From the NCBI RefSeq assembly GCF_964213995.1, contig NC_135810.1, positions 118,854,001 to 118,918,000 on the forward strand: a stretch of DNA of 64,000 nt, given 5' to 3'. Position 1 is the stretch's first letter; each line of letters opens with the position of its first letter. Of this stretch, positions 45,054 through 58,116 are shown one piece after another. A program made the position numbers and the translations under genes. Under the pieces are notes generated by a model. That model saw only the letters and a program-made list of their open reading frames with translations. It was not told where the DNA came from and searched no databases. This DNA comes from Mustelus asterias (taxonomy: Eukaryota).

Positions 45054-46677
45054 GTACTAGTTTTAAAATGTGGGAGGAACATGGGTTCAAATCTCACTGG
45101 TAGAATTTAAATTGAACTAATAAATCTGGAATTGAAAACTAGTCTCAGTGATGGTGACCATAGAACCATCATCGATTATTGTGAAAGGTTCACTAATGCT
45201 CCTTTAGGGAAGGAAATCTGCTGTCCTTACCTGGTCTGGCCTACATCAGACTCCAGAGCCATAGCAATGTGGTTGACATTTAACTGCCCTCTGAAATGGC
45301 CGAGCAAATCATTCAATTCAAGGGGCAATTAGGGATGGGCAACCAATGTCGGCCCACCCAGCGACACCCACATCCCGTGAAAGAGTTTTTAAAAAGTGGT
45401 CAGTTCATAAAATAGATTTTTGCTAAGCTATGCGTTGAGTGAAAATCTGTCAGCACTTTTATTACATAACAATTACTGACTCCTTTTCAGAAGGTATAGG
45501 ACATTGGTTTAAGTTAAAAGGGCAAAAAGAATTAATGGGAACCTGAGGAGCAACTTTTTTACACAGAGGGTAAAGTTTTAAAGTAAAGTTTATTTATTAG
45601 TGTCACCAGTAGGCTTACATTAACATTGCAATGAAGTTAGTGTGAAAATCCCCTAGTCGCCACATTCCGGCACCTGTTCGGGTACACTGAGGGAGAATTT
45701 AGCATGGCCAATGCACCCTAGCCAGCACGTCTTTCAGACTGTGGGAGGAAACCAGAGCACCCGGAGGAAACCCACGCAGACACGGGGAGAATGTGCAGAC
45801 TCCGCACAGACAGTGACCCAAACCGGGAATCGAACCCAGGCCCCTGGAGCTGTGAGGCAGCAGTGCTAACCACTGTGCTGCCCAACAGTGGTACATTTGT
45901 GGAATGAGCTGCCGGAGGAAGGGGTTGAGGCAGGGACATTGGCAACATGTAAAGGGCATTTGGACAGATACATGGATAGGAAAGGTTTAGAGGGATATGG
46001 GCCAAATGCAGGCAAATGGGGTTAGTTGAGACGGGCATTTTGGTCGGCGTGGACCAATTTGGGCCGAAGGGCCTGTCTCCGTGCCATTGATTCTATGATT
46101 CTATGGTAGTTCCTCAGTTGTGCAACTCTTTGTGAAGTTCTGAGAACATGGATAAAAGCAGATTATCAAATCACTCCCTGATCTTGCATCATGCCCATTC
46201 AGAAAGCAAAGGGGAGAAACTATGGGTGAAATGAAGAAAAAGGTTTTCAAAGTGATTGTCATATTTTGCAGAACAAAACCGATTTTTTTCTCTTATTGTT
46301 GACGCCTCTCTACTCACAGGAAGCTTCCTGCTAATCTGATTGAATCCGTATCACAGTGCATGTTGTGGTTAACAATAGATTAGACTCAGTGTCTACGCTC
46401 CTCTGTGCCATCAACTGCCACACTCCTGAATGTGTAATGTTTGTTTCCTAACCGTTGACCTCCAGATTAGGCTGAAATTTAGTTCCCATGTCCGACTCCA
46501 ACATTGGGCTGAATTTTGGGTTGGGAACCTGGAAGTTGTTCCTGGCTGTCGCCTGCCCCCCTTCACCCCTTCCTCCTCCCTCTCCCTCCCCGTTCCCCCC
46601 TCATCAAGCTTTTCGAATCCCACAAGCAGGATTTTCCGGCCGCAAAACGGGAAAATCCCGCCCAAGGTCAACACATG

Positions 46678-47790
46678 GGGGGGGAGTTTTACCATTTTGA
46701 GTCTAAGTGCCGAATCTGGGCGTCAAATAGATCCGAGCCTGGAATCTCCTCTTTCCAGCGCGCCCATACCCGTTTTGCCAGCTCCAGCCCGATCCGTGCC
46801 GTGGGCGGGGCTTAGCGCTGCCAGGACTGATCGGAGCTCTGAACTGCGCGTGCGCAGCTCGAAAAAAATCTGACAGCGTGCCCGGGCGCGAAAAAAAAAG
46901 CAGAAAGCGGGGAGAGCGGCTCTCTGACGTTCATCCTCTGGTCGGGGGGGAGGGGGGGGGGGGGTACGGGTGTGACCGAGCATCCCCTGCGGTGAGGAGG
47001 AGAGGGGGTGTGACGTCTCATCCTCTGGTCGGGGGGGGGTGGGTCCGCTGCCAGTCTGCGGCCGATGCCTCCTCCCGGAGTGGACGTGCGGCCATGCCAT
47101 CCCACGAGACCTTCAGGATGAAGCGATTCCTCGCTAAGAAGATGAAGCAGAACCGGCCGATTTCACAGTGGCCGATTCCACAGTGTTAAGGGATACACCA
47201 TCACTGGGACACTACCAGCCACAGCCATCTCTCCCGCTCTCTTAGCCCTACAGGGAAGAGTAATCTGTGGCTGGTAGTGAACCAGTGATGGTGCCAGGAG
47301 GGATCAGCCACAGACAGGCAGCGGAACCCCCCCCCGACCAAAGGATGAGACGTCACACCCCCTCTCCTCCCACCCCGCCCCCCGGGGATGAGATGTCACA
47401 CCCCCTCCCACCCCCCCCCCTCCCCAGGGGATGTGACGTCACACCCCCTGTTCTCCTCCCACCTCCCTCCCGCCCCGACCTGAGGATGGCCTGGGTCAGA
47501 GAGCCGTTGCAGTCTCTGACCCCGCTCTTCGGAGGCTGCAGCGGCGACTTCAGACTTTTATTTTGCAGGTCGGTAACAGCGCGGACGCGGATCGAGCCAG
47601 AAGACGGTAAAGTGGGACTTGGCGGTAGAGTTGGGCGCGCGGTTCATTAAGTCGATTTAAATGCAGGCAAATGCATTTAAATCGTCGGGCCGCCCGATTC
47701 GGGCGCGAGCCAGACCCACACCCGAATCGGGTGTCGGTAAAGGCGCGATCTGCTCGGATTCGGGCGCGAAGTTTTGGTAAAATCAGGCCC
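46678..47790. mobile_element. GC-rich non-autonomous foldback/MITE-like element carrying RPL39
   Basis: Imperfect terminal IRs (ggggagttttacca / tggtaaaatcaggccc). Long internal inverted arms (~46915-47225 vs ~47265-47510) around a ~40-nt loop. Right part matches 41340-41655 in the same orientation. Confidence 0.65.
47094..47189 (+). pseudogene. RPL39: RPL39 retrocopy fragment (N-terminal half) inside a foldback repeat
   Basis: [26 protein letters not shown], then a short duplication and loss of the C-terminal half. Shares upstream sequence (ggagtggacgYgcggccATG) and downstream sequence with the 41-kb copy. Confidence 0.88.
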
Positions 47791-50700
47791 ATGGTCTGCT
47801 CCCAGCCTTCTATGATTCCCGTGGCGGGCGGGACAGGAAAATTCCCCCCACGCCAGCCATACTGGCCAGAATTCTACCACCCCGCTTGTCACAGAATCGG
47901 CATGGACGAGGATCCAACAACGGGAATCTCCGTTGACCTCAGGCGGGAACTTCCGGTCTCGCCCGAGCGAGACTGTAAAATCCAGCCCACTGTGCCAAAT
48001 AGGGGCAACATGGTAATGTCACTAGACTAGACACCCAGAGGTTCAGGCTAATGCTCCAGGGACATGGACTCAAACCTCACCACGGAATTGAAAGCTAGTC
48101 TTTGTCATGATGATCCTGAAAATACCATGAATTGTTGTAAAAACCCATCTGGTTCACTAATGTCCTTTAGAGAAGGAAATCTGCCATCCATATGGCTCTG
48201 GAGTCACATGTAGGCCAGACCATGTAAGGACAGCAGATTTCCTTCCCTTAAGGGCGTTAGTGAACCAGCTGGGCTTTTCCAACAATCGACAATGGTTATC
48301 AGTAGATTCTTAATTCCAGATTTTTTTTATTGAATTCAAATTCCACCATCTGTTGTGGCGGGATTCGAACCCGGGTCCCCAGAACATTAGCTGAGTTCCT
48401 GGATTAATAGTCTAGCAATAATACCACTAGGTATCCCCTATCCTAAAATATAAATATAAGATTGTCACCCAGAGATCCACTGAGAATTCAGCAGAAACTT
48501 CTTTACCCAAAGAGTGGTGAGAAAATTGAACTCACTTGCACAGGGAGTGGCTGAGATAAATAGTATAGATGTATTATAGGGGACAAGAATATGAGAATGA
48601 AGGGAATAGAGGGTTAGATTCAGCTGAGGAAGAAGACCAGTGTTTATGCTGCACAGCATGGTGACACAGTGGTTAGCGCTGCTGCCTCACAGCACAAGAG
48701 ACCCGGGTTCAATTCCTGGCTTGGGTCACTGTCTGTGCGGAGTCTGCACCTTCTCCCTGTGTCTGCTTGGCTTCCTCCGGGTGCTCCGGTTTCCTCCTAC
48801 ACTCCAAAAACATGCCGGTTAGGTGTATTGGCCATGCTAAATTGCCCCTTAGTGTCAGGGGGTTAGTAGGGTAAATAAGTGGGGTTATGGGGATAGGGCC
48901 TTGGTGGGATTGTGATAGGTGCAGACTCGATGGGCTGAATGGCCTCCTTCTGCACTGTAGAGATTCTATGAATCTCCATTTGAGAATCCTCCCATCTTTT
49001 CTCATCTAAATCTACCATCGCCACTCTCCATTCCTCTCTTCCTCAGGCCTTTATCGAGTTTCTCCTTAAATGCATCTTTGCCATTGGCTTTTAAAGTTTA
49101 TTTATTATTTATTCATCACAAGTAAGGCTTACATTAACGCTGCAATGAAGTTACTGTGAAATTCCCCTAGTCGCCACAGTCCGGCGCCTGTTCGGGTCAA
49201 TGCACCTAACCAGCACATCTTTCAGACTGTGGGAGGAAACCGGAGCACCCGGAGGAAACCCACACAGACACGAGGAGAACGTGCAAACTCCACACAGACA
49301 GTGACCCAAGCCGGGAATCGAACCCAAGTCCCTAGTGCTGTGAGGCAACAGTGCTAACCACTGTGCCACCATGCCGCTCTCAGCTACTCCTGTGACAGTC
49401 AGTTCCAATGGAGGAAATGTTTGATCATTGAGTATTTCCCTGCCTTACAACAGCGACTATCGTTCAAGTATCTCTTTAGTTAAACAGAGCTTTCGGACAG
49501 TCTGAAGCCATGAAAGACAGTATATAAACACAGGGCGGAATGGACAAGTTGGGCCGAAGGGCCTGTTTCCATGCTGTAAACCTCGATGACTCTACATTTG
49601 ACCTTAATTAAAGTCGCTGCTGCTGTACAAATGCTGAAAAACCTGTCGTAGTTTGACCATTGTGGTAAGGTCCATCCCATCACTCGGAGGTTTCATGCCA
49701 GCAATGTTACGTGTGGTGGGAAGTGGGGAGGAGAGAAGAGATGTTTCACCATGATGCTTTGGGCCAGCGTGACAGCCGGACAGGATTGAGAGGCCTACTT
49801 CTCATTTCCTGACCAATCAATCATATGTCCATATCTAACGGACAACTGTAAAGCACCCCAGCCAGGATAATTGAGCCTAGTTCAGCACGGGCAGAAATTG
49901 GGCCTTCAAGCTCTCTGTAGTTCATGGGCATTGTGTGAAAGGCAAAACAGAAACAACAACAAGCCAAGAAAACTGGTGCAAGCACAAGAATATAACTTTC
50001 GTTTCCTGAGCACAAGTTAGGCCTCTGAACAGAACAAGCACTGCTTTGTTCCAAAGCACCATTGGGGCAAATTTATGGATGGGTTTACATAGAAACAAAT
50101 AAACTAGAAGCAGGAGTAGGCCATTCGGCCCTTCGAGCCTGCTCCGCCATTCATTTTGATCATGGCTGATCATCAAATTCAATATCCTGATTCCCCCCTT
50201 CCCCTCAAGTACCTTGATTCCTTTAACCCCAGGAGCTATATCTAATTTCTTCTTGAAATCAGGTAACGTTTTGGCCTCAACTACTTTCTGTGGCAGTGAA
50301 TTCCACACATTCATCACCCTCTGGGTGAAGAAATTTCTCCTCACCTCAGTTCTAAAAGGTTTACCCCTTATCCTCAAACTATGACCCCTAGTTCTGGACT
50401 CCCCCCACCATTGGGAACATTCTTTCTGAATCTACCCTGTCTAGCCCTGTTTGAATTTTATACGTTTCTATGAGATCCCCTCTCACTCTTCTAAATGCCA
50501 GTGAATGTAATTCTAAACGGTTTAGTCTCTCCTCATATGCCAGACCTGCCATCCCAGGAATCATTTGACCATTTGAATATGAATGAGGCATTTTTTAAAT
50601 GTATTTATCAGTTCAATTTTTAGGTGTGTATGTTTGACTAAGAAACCAAGGTGACAAATGAATGTGCTTTACATAGAAATTTTAAAGAAATGTTATTGGC

Positions 50701-52317
50701 TAATTTTCCTTTTAAAAGACAATAGGCAGCATTTATGGGCGACACGGTGGCACAGTGGTTAGCACTGCTGCCTCACTGCGCCAGCGACCCGGGTTCAATT
50801 CAGGCCTTGGGTGACTGTCTGTGTGGAGTTTGCACGTTCTCCCCGTGTGGATTTCCTCCGGGGGCTCCGGTTTCCTCCCACAATCCGAAAATGTGCAGGT
50901 TAGGTTGATTGGCCACGTTAAATTACCCCTTAGTGTCAAGGGAATCAGGTAAATACAGAGGGTTATGGGGATAGGACCTGGGTGGGATTGCTGTTGGTGC
51001 AGGCTCGATGGGCTGAATGGCCTCCTTCTGCACTGTAAGGATTCTATGAAAGACATTGGTTGCTGATTGAAGATTGTTAGATTTTTCTGACTTATTTAAT
51101 GAACCAACTAGTAGTAAGGTCAGTTAGCATGACTTGTTAAATAGCCCTTGAGAAAGTTAAAGCAATCACTAATTATTTCATGGTCACTATTACCGAGACT
51201 GGCTTTCCTTCCAGATTTTTTTAAAAATTAATTATTTAAATTTAAAGTGCACCAGCTGCCTTGCTGGGATTTGAACCCATGTCCCCAGAGCCATGTTCTG
51301 ATGAACAACCAAGTGGACTCCAGCTACTAACTCTGCTCAGTACAGATGCTGCCCAGACCGGCTGAGTTGTTCTTGTTCCCCAGAGCACTCACCTGGATTA
51401 CTAGCTCAGCACCATCTTCCCAGTCTCTATGATATAAACTCTACTACATGTAAGGGCAGCACGGTGGCACAGTGGTTAGCACTGCTGCCTCACAGCGCCA
51501 GGGACACAGGTTCGATTCCCGGCTTGGGTCACTGGCTGTGTGGAGTCTGCACGTTCTCCCCATGTCTGCATGGGTTTCCTCCGGGTGTTCCGGTTTCCTC
51601 CCACAGTCCAAAGTTGTGTGGGTTAGGTTGATTGGCCATGCTAAATTGACCCTAGTGTCAGGGGGATTAGCAGGGTAAATGTGTGGGGTTATGGGAATAG
51701 GGCCTGGGTGGGATTGTGGTCGGTAGACTCGATGGGCTGAATGGCCTCCTTCTGTACTCTAGGATTCTATGATTCTAAACCCCAATTTAACCAGGAGTGG
51801 CTGGGTTATGGACAAAGAGGTCTGGGATACTTTACAATGAATGTGTCCAATTCTGCACTCCATCATTCAGGAAGGATGATAAGGCTTTGGAACAGTTACA
51901 TACGGATATACAAGTTAGGAGTAGGCCAATCGGCCCCTTGAGCCTGCTCTGCCACCCAATAGGTCATGGCTGATGTGATTGCAACCTCAACCCCACATTC
52001 CTACTTACCCACGATAACCTCTCGCCCCCTCGCTTATCAAAAATCTATCTAGCTCTGCCTTAAAAATACTCGAAGGCTCTGCCTCCACTGTCTTTTGAGG
52101 AAGAAAGTTCCGGAGACTCACCGCCCTCTGAGAGAAAATATTTCTCTTCATCTCTGTCTTAAATGAATGCCCCCTCCCCTCCCCCCAGCACCCCCGCCAA
52201 ATTATTTTTTAAACAGTGACCCCTAGTTCTCAATTCTCCCACAAGACAAAACATCCTCTCCACATCTACCCTGTCAATACCCCTCAGGATCTTACATGGT
52301 TCAATTCAGTCACCTCT

Positions 52318-52660
52318 GGGCGGCACGGTAGCACAGTGGTTAGCACTGCTGCTTCACAGCTCCAGGGTCCCGGGTTCGATTCCCGGCTCGGGTCACTGTC
52401 TGTGTGGAGTTTGCACATTCTCCTCGTGTCTGCGTGGGTTTCCTCCGGGTGCTCCGGTTTCCTCCCACAGTCCAAAGATGTGCAGGTTAGGTTGATTGGC
52501 CAGGTTAAAAAAAAAAATTGCCCCTTAGAGTCCTGAGATGCGTAGGTTAGTGGGATTAGCGCGTAAATATGTGGGGGTAGGGCCTGGGTGGGATTGTGGT
52601 CGGTGCAGACTCGATGGGCCGAATGGCCTCCTTCTGCACTGTCGGGTTTCTATGATTTCT
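52318..52660 (+). mobile_element. HE1-type tRNA-derived SINE with CR1-like tail (representative copy)
   Basis: Pol III A box (tagcacagtgg) and B box (ggttcgattccc), V-SINE-like core, (gattctat)n tail. Similar copies near 5198-5534, 8978-9270, 10390-10735, 22100-22427, 35017-35370, 38870-39108, 48655-48970, 50737-51050, 51454-51775, 55594-55830, 56895-57210. Confidence 0.9.
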
Positions 52661-52800
52661 TACTCTTGGGATACAAGCCTAGCCTGTATAACTTTTCCTC
52701 ATAAGACACCTTACTCATTCCAGGTATTAGTCTGGTAAATCTACCCTGAACTGCTTCCAATATATTTAAACCCTTTCTTAAGTATGGAGACCAGTAGTGT

Positions 52801-53467
52801 ACACAGTAAGAAGTCTCACAACACCAGGTTAAAGTCCAACAGGTTTATTTGGTAGCAAATACCATAAGCTTTCGGAGCACTGCTCCTTCATCAGATGGAG
52901 TGGAAATGTGCTCTCAAACAGGGCACAGACACAAAATCAAGTTACAGAATACTGATTAGAATGCGAATCCCTACAGCCAGCCAGGTCTTAAAGGTACAGA
53001 CAATGTGGTGGAGGGAGCATTAAACACAGGCTAAAGAGATGTGGCTATCAGAAACTGATAGCCAAGTTCCGCACACATGAGGACGGCCTAAACCGGGATG
53101 TTGGATTTATGTCACACTATCAGTAACCCCCACAGCTTTCCTCCTGGGCTTGCAGAATCTCACTGGCTGTCCTGTCTGGAGACACAATACACATCTCTTT
53201 AACCTGTGTTTAATGCTCCCTCCACCCACATTGTCTGTATCTTTAAGACCTGGCTGGCTTTAGGGATTCGCATTCTAATCAGTATTCTGCAACTTGATTT
53301 TGTGTCTGTGCCCTGTTTGAGAGCACATTTCCACTCCATCTGACGAAGGACCAGTGCTCCGAAAGCTTATGGTATTTGCTACCAAATAAACCTGTTGGAC
53401 TTTAACCTGGTGTTGTGAGACTTCTTACTGTGTTCACCCCAGTCCAATGCCGGCATCTCCACATCAT
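52801..53467. mobile_element. Penelope-derived inverted element in a minus-strand CR1
   Basis: QKLIAKFRTHEDGLNRDVGFMSHYQ* (GIY-YIG EN tail), ~240-bp inverted arms, HHR motifs at 52862-52898(-) and 53336-53372(+), flanking duplication gaccagtaRtgtacacag. Confidence 0.88.
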
Positions 53468-56400
53468 GACCAGTAATGTACACAGAACCTCAAATGTGGT
53501 CTCACCAATGCCCTGTAAAAATTTAACATAACCTTCCCTCCCTACTTCCACATTCAATTCCCCTTGCAATAAATGATAACATTTCTATTAGCTTTACTAA
53601 TTATTTGTTGCATCTTTTGTGATTCATGCACTATGAAATTCAGATCCCTCTACACCTCCGAGATCTGCAATCTCTTACCATTCAGATAATACACTTATTT
53701 TTTATTCTTCCTGCCAAAATGAACAATTTCACATTTTCCCACATTATAGCCCATTTCTCAGACCTTTGCCCACTCACTGTAGTAAAACATCCCTACTGTT
53801 ATATTCCAGCCCCTTGGCAATAAACAGCAACATTCCATTGGTATTTCTAATCACTTGTACCTTCATACAAGTTTCTTGTAATTCATGAACCAGGAGCCCC
53901 CAGGACCCAGAGTTCTGCAATCTCCCTCCATTTAAATAATATTCTGCTTATCTATTCTTCCTGCTAAAGTAGGCAAGTTCACATTTTCCCACATTATACT
54001 CCAGTTGCTAGATTTTTGCCCACTTGCTTAACCTATCTCTATCCCTTTGTTGCCTCCGCATGTCCACTTCACAACCTACATTCCTACCATTCCTTGTGTC
54101 ATTGGCAAACTTAGCTACCATACCTTGGGTCCCTTCATCCGAGTCAATATCTTTACCCAAGGTAGGGGAGTCTAAAACTAGAGGGCATAGATTTAATGTG
54201 AGAGGGGAGAGATACAAAAGGGTACAGAGGGACTATTTTTTTCATACAGAGGGTAGTGAGTGGCTGGAACAAGCTGCCAGAGGTATAGTAGAGGCGGGTA
54301 CAATTTTGTCTTTTAAAAAGCATTTAGACAGTTACATGGGTAAGATGGGTATAGAGGGATATGGGTCAAATGCAGGCAATTGGGATTAGCTTAGGGGTTT
54401 AAAAAAAAAAGGGTGGCATGGACAAGTTGGACCGAAGGGCCTGTTTCCATGCTGTAAACCTCTATGACTCTATTAATACAAATTGTAAAAAAGTTGAGGC
54501 CCAGAGCTGATCCCTGTGGCACACCACTCAGCACATCTTGCCAACCAGAAAATGACCCATCTATGCCTACTCTTTCTTCCTGTTAAGTAAATCTTCAATC
54601 CATGCTAATACCCACCTACACCTACAGAGGAGATTTACCATAACGGGACCAAGGATGAAATACTCTAGGTATGTGAGGAAACTAGAGAAGGCAATCTTGG
54701 CTTGGAACAGAAAAGGTTAAGATTATAAGACCATAAGAAATAGGAGGTTGTCTGACCTTCCAGAGTTTTCTGTTTTCATTCCAGATTTCCAGCGGTATTT
54801 ATTGTAGGGAAGGTGGGCCTTGTCTAGTAGGTTGGGAGTGATGTGAAAGCAGGTCCATGTGGAGCAGAAACACTGTCGTGGCCCAGATGGGCCGAATGGC
54901 CTGATTCTGTGTAGTCGCTACAATCCCAATAGGCAAGTTGCTCACAGCATGGCCCAGCTAGCACAGAGTGTGGAAACTGAAGAGAGATTTGATTTCATGT
55001 TGAAACCACGTCAGAACGATGACTTTCTGCTTCTTTTCCTGCTCACTCCTTTGAAGCTTTCAGAGCGTGAGTGCGCTCAAAGGACATTAACCTACATACT
55101 TGCCCTAGCTGCTCTTATCTCGTGTTCCATCAATGCCAGTTGAAATGTTCTAATAAAGAGCATGCAGCGGAGATTGCAAAATAAAAATCAAAGTGATTAT
55201 GAAAGGATTATCTGCCTACCTGCATTGAAATGAAATGACTGGCGGGAAAATTTTACCCACTTTTAACTCAGCCATGGGCTACCAAGTCCAGTAAAACATA
55301 CAGATATACAATTACAAAGACTTAGAGTAATCTTTGCGATGGTTTTATATGTTGTTGTTGGAATATGATGAACTGCCCCCAGCAAATATAACACTCAATT
55401 TGGACACAATGGTGTTTGGTAGTAATAAGGACTGAGACAGAACAGACTCAAAGGAAGTATTTTTTTAATGCTTTACAGATTTGCAAGGTTCCCTGTGGCC
55501 GGGAGAATCCGGAGTGGAAATCTTGTGCCTCCTCTGGGCTTTACCTGCTTTTCCCGCTCACTTGTTTGAAGGTTTCAGAGCGAGAGTGAGTGACATGGTG
55601 GCACAGTGGTTAGCACTGCTGCCTCACAGCGCCAGCCGACCCGGGTTCAATTCCCAGCTTGGGTCACTGTCTGTGTGGAGTCTGCACGTTCTCCCCTTGT
55701 CTGTGTAGGTTAGGGGGATTAGCAGGGTAAATGTGTGGGGTTATGGGAATAGGGCCTGGGGTGGGATTATTGTCGGTGCAGACTCAATGGACTGAATGGC
55801 CTCCTTCTGCACTGTAGGGATTCTATGATTCCCATGGCTGCCATCACCTGCAATGCCCCTCACCCCGGTTATGGGTGGCACAGTGGTTAGCACTGCTGCC
55901 TCACAGCACCAGGGACCCGGTTTGATTCCTGGCTTGAGTCACTGTCTGTGCGGAGTCTGCACGTTCTCCCCATGTCTGCATGGGTTTCCTCCAGGTGCTC
56001 CGGCTTCCTCCCATAGTCCGAAACACGTGCTGGTTAGGGTGCATTGGCCATGCTAAATTCTCCCTCAGTGTATCCAAAAGGCGCTGGGAGTGTGGTGACT
56101 AGGGGATTTTCACAGTAACTTCATTGTAGTGTTAACGTAAGCCTACTTGTGACACTATTAAATAAACTTTAAAACTTAAACTTTTAACCGTTCTATAAAA
56201 TACTGGGTAGGTGCAGGAGTTGTGCCAACTCTGAGCAACCTGCCAGTTTCCTCCATTATGATCAGGGCCCCATATTTATTGCACCTTCCATTCCATCTGG
56301 CTTTCAGCTGTGGCCAACTATTTTGTTTTGTTTTAGCAAGTCCTTTGTGGGAAAAAGGTGAAAAATGTTTTTACCACCAGCTGGCTGCTTCAAAAGAAAG

Positions 56401-58116
56401 ATCCTCACAAAGCAAGGTTACAGGCACATAAATATTTATCTGCTAACAGAGAGCCGCAAAACATCTGCGGTTAAACCCATATCTTTACTGCAACAGTTTT
56501 GAATACAAGAATTCCAGTTGTTCCTTCAGCAAAGACTTCCACCAGAATCTAAACTTCCCACAGTGTAGAAAGCTATGGAAAGCTGTCCATGTGTAAAAGC
56601 AGGTCGAGGATTGTAAATACAAATTTTGTGACTTGTATATCCATGATGTGGAGATGCCGGCGTTGGACTGGGGTAAACACAGTAAGAAGTCTCACAACAC
56701 CAGGTTAAAGTCCAACAGGTTTATTTGGAAGAGCTTTTGGAGCACTGCTCCTTCATCAGGTGATGAACTTTAACCTGGTGCTGCGAGACTTCTTACTGTG
56801 ACCTGTATATCGTCATGGAATATTTGGGAACTGTTTTCGGCTGAGCTGAAAAGGCAAGTTTACATCAGGTGGGCTCGATATTATTCCTTGAATCAGAGGA
56901 TCATTAAATCCCTACAGTGGCTATTCAGCCCATCAAGTCTGCACCAAGCACAATCCCACCCAGGCCCTATCCCCGTAAACCCACGTACTTTCCCTGCTCA
57001 TCCCTCTGACACTAAGGGAAAATCTAGCATGACCCATCAACCCTAATCTACAGATCTTCGTTCAGACTGTGGGAGGAAACCAGAGCACCCGGAGGAAACC
57101 CACGCAGACAACGTGCAAACTCCACACAGATAGTCAACCAAGGCCAGAGTCGAACCCAGGTCCCTGGCGCTGTGAGGCAGCAGTGTTAACCACTATGCCA
57201 CCGTGTCGCTGCTTCAAGGAACAAGCGCTCAGATTTCTCATTTGAGTGCTTGAAAGCACTCAAGGTTTCCTTGAAATCTGCTTGTTGTAATTTCAGCATC
57301 TATCATCAGCTTTGGAACTACCAGCTTTGTTCAATTGAAAGGTTCTTGTTTGGGATTCAAGTTTCAGAGCAACTTTCTAACTGTTCCTTCCTTGAGTCTA
57401 AGTTTGGATAGTCCATTGGAGTTAGACTCCACAGAAACTGTGGAGGGGTCTGGTCAGCATTGTTTAACTGGGGTTCCCAGGAACCCAGGCTTCCAATAGC
57501 ATTCCAATACGGTTCCAATTTTTAAGTTATTTGAAAATTGTACCAAATGTTTTGATTTTTCAAGAGATTATGTTCTTACATTCAACAGAAAGTAAGCATT
57601 AAAAAACCGCACTCTGATTTGTTTGCTCAATAGTATTTTGCTTTATTTTCATTCTTGCTTTATAATATGTACACAGTTTAAAGTTTATTTATTAATGTCA
57701 CAAGTAGGCTTATATTAACACTGCAATGAAGTTACTGTGAAAATCCCCCAGTTGCCACACTCCGGTGCCTGTTCGGGTCAATGCACCCTAACCAGCACGT
57801 CTTTCGAACTGTGGGAGGAAACCAGAGCACCCGGAGGAAACCCACACAGACACGGGGAGAACATGCAAACTCCACACAGACAGTGACCCCCCCCCGTGGC
57901 CGGAATCGAATCCAGCTCCCTGACTCTGTGAGGCAGCAGTGCTAACCACTGTGCCACCGTGCCACCAGTTAGTGAGGAGGAGGAAGAGAGGGTTGGAGTT
58001 TCACAGAATGTCACACTATATTGAGTTTCTTGATCGAAAAAAGGATGAAAGCCACTGATTAAACTGCTATCATCCTCTTCCTCTGTAAAGTCAACACTGA
58101 GGCATTATTTCTATAT

